Shown piece after piece: positions 8,100-15,302 of a stretch of 64,000 nt of DNA. Source of the stretch: Rhodovastum atsumiense (lineage in GTDB: Bacteria; Pseudomonadota; Alphaproteobacteria; Acetobacterales; Acetobacteraceae); NCBI GenBank assembly GCA_037190665.1, contig JBBCJT010000030.1, positions 165-64,164 on the forward strand. The letters run 5' to 3'. Every line of letters begins with the position of its first letter. Within the stretch, counting starts at the first letter, position 1. A model generated the notes under the pieces. That model worked only from the letters and a program-made list of their open reading frames with translations, searched no databases and was not told the origin of the DNA. Both the position numbers and the translations under genes were made by a program.

Positions 8100-8377
8100 C
8101 CGCCCCGCTGCAGGAGGCCGTGCGCGCGGCGCTGCGCAGCGTGATCGACCCCGAACTGGGCCGCGACCTTGTCGAGCTCGGATTGATCTACGCCACCGAG
8201 ATCGACGCCGCGGGGGCGGTGCGGGTCGACATGACCACCACCACGAGAGGCTGCCCGCTGGCCGGCCTGCTGAAGGAGATGGCGGCCACCAGCGTCGCGG
8301 CGGTGGATGGCGTCACCTCGGTCGAGATCCGCCTCGTCTACGAGCCGGCATGGTCGCCGGCGATGATCCAGGGCTGA
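8096..8377 (+). CDS. DUF59 (MIP18/SufT-like) metal-sulfur cluster assembly factor
   Basis: 93 aa. IDPELGRDLVELGLIY...TTTTRGCPLAG is the typical DUF59 core with its conserved Cys. ATGA start/stop overlap with the upstream gene. Confidence 0.8.
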   Translation: MTAPLQEAVRAALRSVIDPELGRDLVELGLIYATEIDAAGAVRVDMTTTTRGCPLAGLLKEMAATSVAAVDGVTSVEIRLVYEPAWSPAMIQG

Positions 8378-8431
8378 CCATCGTGGCGTTTCGGCCACGG
8401 GCGCCGATAACCGGCACAAAATCGCAATTGC

Positions 8432-8445
8432 TTGCGGCGCCGCAA
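8432..8445. promoter_or_regulatory. Perfect NnrR-type box TTGCG-GCGC-CGCAA upstream of nirK
   Basis: Exact dyad. Its centre is about 80 nt upstream of the nirK ATG at 8519. Confidence 0.75.
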
Positions 8446-8518
8446 ACTGCCCCCCCGTGGACGTCCTAAGTGAGGGGCGATCGGACACAACCCGATCGTT
8501 CCGAAAGGACAACACGCT

Positions 8519-9649
8519 ATGGTTGAACACCTTGGATTTAGCCGCCGGATGATCCTCGCGGGAGCGACGGCCTCCGGCGCAGCCGCGCCGGTTCTGGTTG
8601 CCGCGCCGGCCCGGGCTGCGAACGCACCCGCGGCGGCAGCCGCTGCCGCCGCCGAAATTGACAGGCTGCCCCGCGTGAAGGTCGATCTGGTCGACCCGCC
8701 CTTCGTGCATGCGCACGAGCAGGTTGCGACCGGTGGCCCGAAGGTCGTCGAATTCAAGATGACGATCGAGGAGAAGAAGATCGTCCTCGACGATCAGGGC
8801 ACGGAGGTCTTCGCCTTCACCTTCAACGGCACCGTCCCCGGCCCGCTGATGGTGGTGCACGAGGGCGACTACGTCGAGCTGACGCTGGTCAATCCCGAGA
8901 CCAACGAGCTGATGCACAACATCGACTTCCACTCGGCGACCGGTGCGCTCGGCGGCGGTGCGCTGACCGAGGTCAACCCCGGCGAGCAGACCGTGCTGCG
9001 CTGGAAGGCGACCCGGCCGGGTGTGTTCGTCTATCACTGCGCGCCTCCGGGCATGGTTCCGTGGCACGTCGTCTCGGGCATGAACGGCGCGATCATGGTG
9101 CTGCCGCGCGAGGGGCTGCGCGACGAGACCGGCAAGGCGCTGAAGTACGACCGGGTCTATTACGTCGGCGAGCAGGACTTCTACGTGCCGCGCGACGCGA
9201 GCGGGAAGTACAAGCGCTACGCCAGCATCGGCGAGTCGCATGAGGACACGATCGCGGCGATGCGGACGCTGACCCCCACCCACGTCGTCTTCAACGGCAA
9301 GGTCGGCGCGCTGACCGGGGCCAATGCGCTGACCTCGAAGGTGGGAGAGACGGTGCTGATCGTCCATTCCCAGGCCAACCGCGACACCCGCCCGCATCTG
9401 ATCGGCGGACACGGCGACTATGTCTGGGCGACCGGCAAGTTCCGCAACCGTCCCGAGCGCGACCTCGAGACGTGGTTCATCCCGGGCGGCTGTGCGGGGG
9501 CGGCGCTCTACACGTTCCTGCAGCCCGGCATCTACGCCTACGTGAACCACAACCTGATCGAGGCCTTCGAACTCGGCGCCGCCGGGCACTTCAAGGTCGA
9601 TGGCGACTGGAATGACGATCTGATGAAGAGGCTCACCCCGCGCGCCTGA
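8519..9649 (+). CDS. nirK: Copper-containing nitrite reductase
   Basis: 376 aa with a Tat-like signal (SRRMILAG...ARA). Cu ligand motifs HNIDFH and [28 protein letters not shown] upstream. Confidence 0.95.
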   Translation: MVEHLGFSRRMILAGATASGAAAPVLVAAPARAANAPAAAAAAAAEIDRLPRVKVDLVDPPFVHAHEQVATGGPKVVEFKMTIEEKKIVLDDQGTEVFAFTFNGTVPGPLMVVHEGDYVELTLVNPETNELMHNIDFHSATGALGGGALTEVNPGEQTVLRWKATRPGVFVYHCAPPGMVPWHVVSGMNGAIMVLPREGLRDETGKALKYDRVYYVGEQDFYVPRDASGKYKRYASIGESHEDTIAAMRTLTPTHVVFNGKVGALTGANALTSKVGETVLIVHSQANRDTRPHLIGGHGDYVWATGKFRNRPERDLETWFIPGGCAGAALYTFLQPGIYAYVNHNLIEAFELGAAGHFKVDGDWNDDLMKRLTPRA

Positions 9650-9665
9650 CCTGACCTTCGCTACG

Positions 9666-9696
9666 GACGCCCCGCGCGCAGGCCGCACGGGGCGTC
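9666..9696 (+). terminator. Stem-loop between nirK and nirV (9-bp GC stem GACGCCCCG/CGGGGCGTC, 13-nt loop); possible attenuator or partial terminator
   Basis: Perfect inverted repeat 17 nt after the nirK stop. No clear U-tract follows. Confidence 0.35.
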
Positions 9697-9724
9697 TGCC
9701 CTCTGAACGATGGAGGCCGCCATC

Positions 9725-10603
9725 ATGCGCAGATCGGCCCGGCTGCTGACCTGGGTGATCGTGCTTTCGGCCGGAATGCTCGCCGGCGCCACCGTGCTGC
9801 TCGTCCCGCGCACGCCGACGGATGCGGCGTCCTACCGGCCCCGGACCGTCACCGTGCCGCCCGGCACCTTCAGCCATCGCGTCGACGGCGAATTCATCCG
9901 CGACGGACAGCAGGCCGACGCGCCGATGGTCCCGATCCGGATCGATGCGCCGGTGGAGGTCATGGCCTTCCAGGTGACGCGGGCGGAATACGCGCGCTGT
10001 GTCGCCGACGGCGCCTGCCAGCGCCCGGACCGCCCCGAGGATCGCGGCGAGCTGCCGGTCACCGGCGTGAACTACATCGACGCCAGTGCCTATGCGCAGT
10101 GGCTGTCGCAAAGAACGGGGCAGACCTGGCGGCTGCCCGACGAGCACGAATGGGCCTATGTCGCGGGATCGCGCTTCGTGGACGATGCCCACGGCATCGA
10201 TCCGGACGACCGCAACCCGGCCAGGCGCTGGATCGCCGAGTACGAGCGCGCCGCGGCGCGCAAGAGCAGCAACGCCGACCCGCGGACGCGCCCGGTGGGC
10301 AGCTTCGGCGCGAACGAGCACGGCATCCACGACCTCGCCAGCAATGTCTGGGAATGGACCCGGACCTGCCACCGCCGGGTCATCCTCGATGCCGAGGGGC
10401 GCTCTATCCGGGAGACCCGGACCTGCGGCGTCTACGTGGCGGCGGGCCGCCACCGCGCCCCGATGACGCTGTTCGTGCGCGATCCGAAATCCGGCGGCTG
10501 CTCGGTCGCCACACCGCCTGACCATCTCGGCTTCCGCCTCGTCCGGCAGCCGGAATGGCGGGAACAGGTCGTTGCGAGCTTGCGCAACCGGCTGCGCATC
10601 TGA
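9725..10603 (+). CDS. nirV: NirV, formylglycine-generating-enzyme (SUMF1)-like protein co-transcribed with nirK
   Basis: ATG 9725 has GGAGG 8 nt upstream; ATG 9710 is an in-frame alternative. N-terminal TM/signal segment. SUMF1-type motifs WRLPDEHEWAYVAG and NVWEWT. Sits downstream of nirK. Confidence 0.8.
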   Translation: MRRSARLLTWVIVLSAGMLAGATVLLVPRTPTDAASYRPRTVTVPPGTFSHRVDGEFIRDGQQADAPMVPIRIDAPVEVMAFQVTRAEYARCVADGACQRPDRPEDRGELPVTGVNYIDASAYAQWLSQRTGQTWRLPDEHEWAYVAGSRFVDDAHGIDPDDRNPARRWIAEYERAAARKSSNADPRTRPVGSFGANEHGIHDLASNVWEWTRTCHRRVILDAEGRSIRETRTCGVYVAAGRHRAPMTLFVRDPKSGGCSVATPPDHLGFRLVRQPEWREQVVASLRNRLRI

Positions 10604-11148
10604 TGGATGGCGGCGCCCCGGTCATCGCCCGCCTGGAGACGGCGGACGAACCCCGCATCGAGCTGCTGCTGTGGATCCTGATCTGGAGCGAGCTCGCGGT
10701 CTTCACCGCGCTGCTCGCCGCCTTCACGATCGCCAATGTGCTCGATCCGGCGGGGTTCGCCGCCACGCGGAGCCATCTCGACCTCGGGCAGGCCGGCATC
10801 GCCACCGCCGTGCTGCTGACCAGCGGCCTGTTCGCCGCCCGCGCCCCGCGGATGCGGCATCCGTCGCGGGACCTGTTGCTGGCGGCGGCGGGCGGGGCCC
10901 TGTTCTGCGCCCTCAAGATCTCCGCCTATCTGCGGGAACTGCCGCTGGCCGGCGCGCAGGACGGACGGATGTTCGAGATGTACGTGCTAATCACCGGCTT
11001 CCATCTCGTGCACGTCTTCTTCGGCACGCTGCTGCTGGCCGGCGTGGCGTGGCGGCCGTCGCGGACGGCGGTGACCACGGTGGTGACGATCTGGCACGTC
11101 ATCGACCTTGTCTGGATCACCATTCTGCCAGTCGTCTATATCGGTTGA
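10603..11148 (+). CDS. norE: NorE, cytochrome c oxidase subunit III-like membrane protein
   Basis: 181 aa from the ATG that overlaps the nirV stop (TGATG). COX3-type motifs GFHLVHVFFG and WHVIDLVW. Confidence 0.8.
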   Translation: MDGGAPVIARLETADEPRIELLLWILIWSELAVFTALLAAFTIANVLDPAGFAATRSHLDLGQAGIATAVLLTSGLFAARAPRMRHPSRDLLLAAAGGALFCALKISAYLRELPLAGAQDGRMFEMYVLITGFHLVHVFFGTLLLAGVAWRPSRTAVTTVVTIWHVIDLVWITILPVVYIG

Positions 11149-11151
11149 GCC

Positions 11152-11412
11152 GTGCGACCGATCCGTAACCTCTCGCCCCTGCAGGTCTGGTGCGGCCTGC
11201 TGGCCGTCACCGGGCTGAGCCTGCTGGTCGCCATGTCGATGCGCGCCGGACTCGTGGTGATCGGGCTGCTCACCGTGTTGAAGGCCGTGCTGATCGTGCA
11301 CGGCTTCATGCACCTTCCGCGCAACTCGCCCTATCTCGGCCGCATCCTGATCGGCTATGCTTGGGTGATTGCGATTCTCGCCACGGTGCGGATGGGCGTG
11401 CGTATCGGGTGA
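11152..11412 (+). CDS. NorF-like small membrane protein (prokaryotic cytochrome oxidase subunit IV family)
   Basis: 86 aa with a GTG start 4 nt after the norE stop. Three hydrophobic segments. Position matches norF in norCBQDEF clusters. Confidence 0.6.
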   Translation: MRPIRNLSPLQVWCGLLAVTGLSLLVAMSMRAGLVVIGLLTVLKAVLIVHGFMHLPRNSPYLGRILIGYAWVIAILATVRMGVRIG

Positions 11413-11480
11413 TGCCGCCGGCTGCGGGCGACGCCACCTTGAACGGCCGGGCGGGGTGCGGGCATAGTTCGCGGCGACCG

Positions 11481-11494
11481 GTGACACCGGTCAC
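11481..11494. promoter_or_regulatory. Perfect 14-bp palindrome GTGAC-ACCG-GTCAC (TGA-N6-TCA core, FNR/FixK-like spacing) upstream of nnrR
   Basis: Exact dyad 36 nt upstream of the nnrR ATG at 11530. Confidence 0.3.
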
Positions 11495-11529
11495 GCCACA
11501 TTTCTGCGACCGGGACAGCGATCTCGCTC

Positions 11530-12225
11530 ATGCCGATGGATCATAATGCCCTGCGCGCGATGCCGATCTTCGCATCGATGACCGACGAGCAGATCGAGCG
11601 GGTGGGCGCGCAGGCCACGATCCTCCGGATCCCGCAGGGCAAGTCCGTCTTTCAGCAGGGCGCGCCCGGGACCCATTTCTACCTGCTGCTGCAGGGCAGG
11701 CTGAAGGTGACGCAGGTCACCTCGGCCGGCCAGCAGATCATCATGCGCGTGGTCCATCCGGGAGATCTGTTCGGCTTCACCCGCGCGCTGAACCGGCCGG
11801 ATTATCCGGGCACCGCGAACGCTGCGGTGGACAGCCTGGTCGCGGCCTGGCGCGCGGAGATGTGGGACACGTTGGTGCAGAACTTCCCGGATGTCGCCAT
11901 GAACGCCATCCGCAGCATTGGTGAGCGGCTGAATGAGGCGCACACACGGATCCGGGAATTCTCGACCGAGGAGGTGGAGAAGCGGATCGCGCACGCGATC
12001 CTGCGGCTGATCGATCAGGCGGGGCGGCCGGATCGCGGCGGGACCCGCGTGGATTTCCCGATCTCGCGGCGCGACATCGCCGAGATGACCGGCACCACGC
12101 TCCATACGGTGTCGCGCACGCTGAGCGCCTGGCAGGGCCGCGGCCTCGTCGAGGGCGGGCGGCAGACGCTGCTGGTCAGCAATATTCCGGGCCTGAGGCG
12201 GCTGGCGGAGAGCGAGGAAGGCTGA
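11530..12225 (+). CDS. nnrR: Crp/Fnr-family transcriptional regulator, NnrR/Dnr type
   Basis: 231 aa. cNMP-binding-like N-domain and C-terminal HTH (RRDIAEMTGTTLHTVSRTLS). No N-terminal Cys cluster. Embedded among nir/nor genes that carry TTGCG-N4-CGCAA boxes. Confidence 0.8.
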   Translation: MPMDHNALRAMPIFASMTDEQIERVGAQATILRIPQGKSVFQQGAPGTHFYLLLQGRLKVTQVTSAGQQIIMRVVHPGDLFGFTRALNRPDYPGTANAAVDSLVAAWRAEMWDTLVQNFPDVAMNAIRSIGERLNEAHTRIREFSTEEVEKRIAHAILRLIDQAGRPDRGGTRVDFPISRRDIAEMTGTTLHTVSRTLSAWQGRGLVEGGRQTLLVSNIPGLRRLAESEEG

Positions 12226-12235
12226 GGGCGGTCCC

Positions 12236-12262
12236 GGGCCGGACGATCGGTGCGTCCGGCCC
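12236..12262. terminator. Bidirectional terminator hairpin between convergent nnrR and pseudoazurin genes
   Basis: 10-bp GC stem GGGCCGGACG/CGTCCGGCCC with a 7-nt loop, located between the stops at 12225 and 12276. Confidence 0.55.
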
Positions 12263-12275
12263 CGGCGGCTTTCGC

Positions 12276-12710
12276 CTACTTGTCGGCCTGCGCGACCAGC
12301 GCGGTGAAGACCTGCCGCGCCTTGCCCGGATGCCGGGCGGCCTTGGCCTCCTCCAGGTTGGTCGGCTCGCCGACCACGATCAGCGCGACCATGCCCATGC
12401 CGTAATGCGGCTTGCACTTGATCCCGTAGACGCCCGGCACGGTGAACGTGACGCTCACTTCCTCGTCGATCTTGCCGACGAAGGGGGTGGCGCCGGCGGG
12501 CATCATCTGCGGCACGCTTTCGGCGTTGTGTCCCCGGTCGGTGGCGATGAACTTCACCGTGTCACCGGGCGCGATCCGCACGAAGGCGGGCTCGTACACC
12601 ATGGCTCCGCCTGCCCCCTTGTTGAGCATCCGGATCTCGATCTCGGCCGCGCTCGCCGCCGTTGACATCATCAGGGACATCAGCGCGCCGGCCAGCATCA
12701 TCCTGAACAT
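12276..12710 (-). CDS. paz: Pseudoazurin (type-1 blue copper protein, electron donor to NirK)
   Basis: 144 aa from ATG 12710, with AAGGAG 6 nt upstream; the track ORF extends to 12737. Signal peptide ...STAASA/AEIE. Cu ligands GHN...C-x2-H-x4-M (CKPHYGMGM). Confidence 0.9.
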   Translation of the reverse strand: MFRMMLAGALMSLMMSTAASAAEIEIRMLNKGAGGAMVYEPAFVRIAPGDTVKFIATDRGHNAESVPQMMPAGATPFVGKIDEEVSVTFTVPGVYGIKCKPHYGMGMVALIVVGEPTNLEEAKAARHPGKARQVFTALVAQADK

Positions 12711-12785
12711 TCGGATCTCCTTGAATCGTCCGCGCAAGGTCCTGCTGCGGATGCCTGCTCGTAGCGCGATGCCGCGAAGAGAAAA

Positions 12786-12799
12786 TTGTGGTTGCGCAA
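12786..12799. promoter_or_regulatory. NnrR-type box TTGTG-GTTG-CGCAA upstream of pseudoazurin
   Basis: One mismatch to the dyad. Its centre is about 82 nt upstream of the paz ATG (minus strand), the same geometry as nirK. Confidence 0.6.
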
Positions 12800-13679
12800 A
12801 CAGGGGCGAAGGAAGCGGTGGTGCTGTTTTGGCGGGTGTTCATTGCCGTGCTTCAGATGCAAGCGGGGCGTGCGGCGGGGCCAGTTTCAGCCACCTGCCG
12901 CGGCGGAGTGTGTTCGGCCTTTGGCGCGTCGTCACAGCGTCCGGCACGGACAGAACGATACGTATAGTTTCTATTGAAACGGATTTAAGAGAGCAGGAAA
13001 CGATAGGATCGGGAGGCTGCGAGCCTCGGCCTGCCAAGCCGCACATGAGTGTCCTGGTGGCAACATCAGGCAGCATCCCCACACAGCGGCGGCGCGTTGC
13101 CCAACGTAGGGAAGGCAGTACCGCTGCCAACTTCATCTGGATTGTCGCAGGCCGCCTTGTCCGCCCATCCCGGGCGGGGATCGAGCACTTCGGCCAGCAC
13201 GCCCTTCAGGAGCGGCAGGCTGAAGAATGGGTCGGTGACGAATTCGACCTTGGCGAGCGACCGCGCTCCATCCCGACCTGCGCGCTATGGAGCATGCCCT
13301 CAATGCCGGCAGACGGGCAGGCGTCCTCATCCGATCCAGTCGCGCGGATACCGCCGGATCGACAACCGTCCGCCTAACGGCCGCGGTCGTTAAGTGACCG
13401 CGCCGTACAGGCAAGCGCCCAGGCGCCGCACATGACGTCACATCGCGAAGGCAGTTCCGGGCAAATCCCGTGCAAGAGCCCGGCCGCCCGGCACCCCCGT
13501 GCAGGCCACGCGATCTGCACTGGATCGACACAGCCCCGACGGGTGGCGGGCGCTGCGAACACCCGTCCTGCCCAGCATCACATTCAGTAATGGCTCGGGC
13601 GCGATTATGAATTTGAGGACCGCCAGCAAGAAACCGCAACGTCAGCCCTGCCGTGGAGCAACTCCCGATCAGGGCCGCA

Positions 13680-15302
13680 ATGGATCTCTCTTCCGCCGAG
13701 ATAATCGCCCGCCACCAGCAGCACCGCGCCGCGCTCGAGGCACAGCCGCTGCCAGCCAGCCTCGGCGCCCTGCTCGACGCCGCAGCGGAGGATTCCCCCG
13801 ACACGGTCTACTGGGCGCCCCTCGGCGGCGGCCCCTCCCTGACCTACCGCGACTTCCACCTCGCGACCTGCCGGTGCGCGGCCGCGCTGGCGGCCCTCGG
13901 CGTCCGGCCCGGCAGTCTGGTCGCCGTCATGCTGCCGAACATCCCCGAATACGCGATCACCTGGTTCGCGCTCGCGAAGCTGGGTGCGGCGATGGTCGCG
14001 ATCAACACGCGGTACACTGCGCCGGAGCTGACCTCGGCCCTCGATATCGCCCAGCCCGGCCACATCGTCATCGAGCAGGGCTTTCTGAGCGTCCTCGACG
14101 CAGTGCCCGCGGCTTCGAAGCCCGCGCGCGGTAACACGATCGTCTGCGGCGCGGATCGCCCACAAGGCATGCACGGCTGGAACGCGATCGTCGACGCCGC
14201 CGGCCCTGCCTTTCCCGCCCCCGAACGCATCGACCCGGACGCGCTGTTCTCGATCCAGTTCACCTCCGGCTCCACGGCCCGGCCCAAGGGCTGCATGCTG
14301 TCGCAACGCTACTGGCTGATCCTCGGTCTGGTGCGCTCGCAGCAGGGCCCGCCCGTCAGCCGCGTGCTGGTCGATGCGCCGCTTCACTACATGGGCGCGC
14401 AATGGCGCCTGCTGATGACCATGTACCTGCGCGGCACCGCCTACGTCGCCGAACGGCGCAGCCTGACGCACTATGTCGATCAGCTCGCCGAGAACCGCAT
14501 CGAGTTCGCCTCGGTCACGGACGCGCAGGCGAAGCTCCCCGACGACCCGCGCCTCGGGCACCTCTCGCTGAAATGGATGTCATCGTCCGGGATGAGAGGG
14601 AGCATCCGCGCCGCCGCGCAGAAGCGCATGGGCGCGCCGATACGCGAACTCTACGGCTCCACCGAAGCCGGCTCGTGCCTCTATGTGCCCATCGATGCCG
14701 AGGCACTGGTAGGGACCGAGTCCTGCGGACTGCCCGCGCCGTACCGCTCCTGCGCCATCGTTGATGCGACCGGCAAGCCGGTGGCCAGGGGCGAGCCGGG
14801 CGAACTGCTCGTCTCGGGCCCCGGCATCCTGCTGGGCTACTACCGGAACCCCGAGGCGACGGCGGCATCCTTTCAGGGGGAGTGGTTCCGCACCGGCGAC
14901 CTGTTCCGGCAGGACGAGGACGGATTCTACTACATCCTCGGCCGCATCAAGGACATCGTCCGCCGCAGCGGCGAGAACATCTCGGCCCTCGAGGTCGAGG
15001 CCGTCGTCAGGAGCATCCCCGGCATCGTCGATGCCGCGGTGATCCCGGTACCGGACGAACGCCACGGCGAGGAGGTCAAGGTCTTCCTCATGACGCCCGA
15101 CGGCCGGGCCTCGCCGTCGCCGACCGAGATCGCGGCGCACTGCCAGGCCCATCTCGCCGCATTCAAGCGCCCCCGCTTCCTCGAATACCGCTCCGCCCTG
15201 CCGCTGACGTCTTCGGGGAAGGTCTCCAAGGGCGAGCTTCGCAACGCCGACCACGACCCGCGTTCCGGCTGCTTCGACCTTGTTGAGGACAAATGGACAT
15301 GA
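13680..15302 (+). CDS. AMP-dependent acyl-CoA synthetase/ligase
   Basis: AMP-binding motif FTSGSTARPKG and C-terminal ...SSGKVSK. Start is ATG 13680, or in-frame GTG 13653. Confidence 0.85.
   Translation: MDLSSAEIIARHQQHRAALEAQPLPASLGALLDAAAEDSPDTVYWAPLGGGPSLTYRDFHLATCRCAAALAALGVRPGSLVAVMLPNIPEYAITWFALAKLGAAMVAINTRYTAPELTSALDIAQPGHIVIEQGFLSVLDAVPAASKPARGNTIVCGADRPQGMHGWNAIVDAAGPAFPAPERIDPDALFSIQFTSGSTARPKGCMLSQRYWLILGLVRSQQGPPVSRVLVDAPLHYMGAQWRLLMTMYLRGTAYVAERRSLTHYVDQLAENRIEFASVTDAQAKLPDDPRLGHLSLKWMSSSGMRGSIRAAAQKRMGAPIRELYGSTEAGSCLYVPIDAEALVGTESCGLPAPYRSCAIVDATGKPVARGEPGELLVSGPGILLGYYRNPEATAASFQGEWFRTGDLFRQDEDGFYYILGRIKDIVRRSGENISALEVEAVVRSIPGIVDAAVIPVPDERHGEEVKVFLMTPDGRASPSPTEIAAHCQAHLAAFKRPRFLEYRSALPLTSSGKVSKGELRNADHDPRSGCFDLVEDKWT

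Noticed and set aside
8600-8660. An alanine run ([18 protein letters not shown]) after the NirK Tat signal, considered as a possible variable linker or sequencing artefact.
   Set aside because: It is in frame, lies in the non-conserved region between the signal peptide and the mature cupredoxin domain, and is encoded by mixed GCN codons rather than a pure repeat. It is probably just a low-complexity linker.
13080-13200. A WhiB-like look to the minus-strand fragment ...RPGWADKAACDNPDEVGSGTAFP...LCGDAA.
   Set aside because: Only a loose W-x3-AAC resemblance is present. The fragment has an in-frame stop immediately upstream and no start codon. It terminates before any C-x2-C motif, and WhiB is an actinobacterial family. 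I treat it as, at most, a gene remnant.
12442-13377. A 311-aa plus-strand ORF and a 223-aa minus-strand ORF (13133-13804) that would fill the spacer after pseudoazurin.
   Set aside because: The first is largely antisense to the pseudoazurin gene. Both are low-complexity (Ser/Arg/Ala/Pro), overlap one another, and lack an RBS or recognisable domains.
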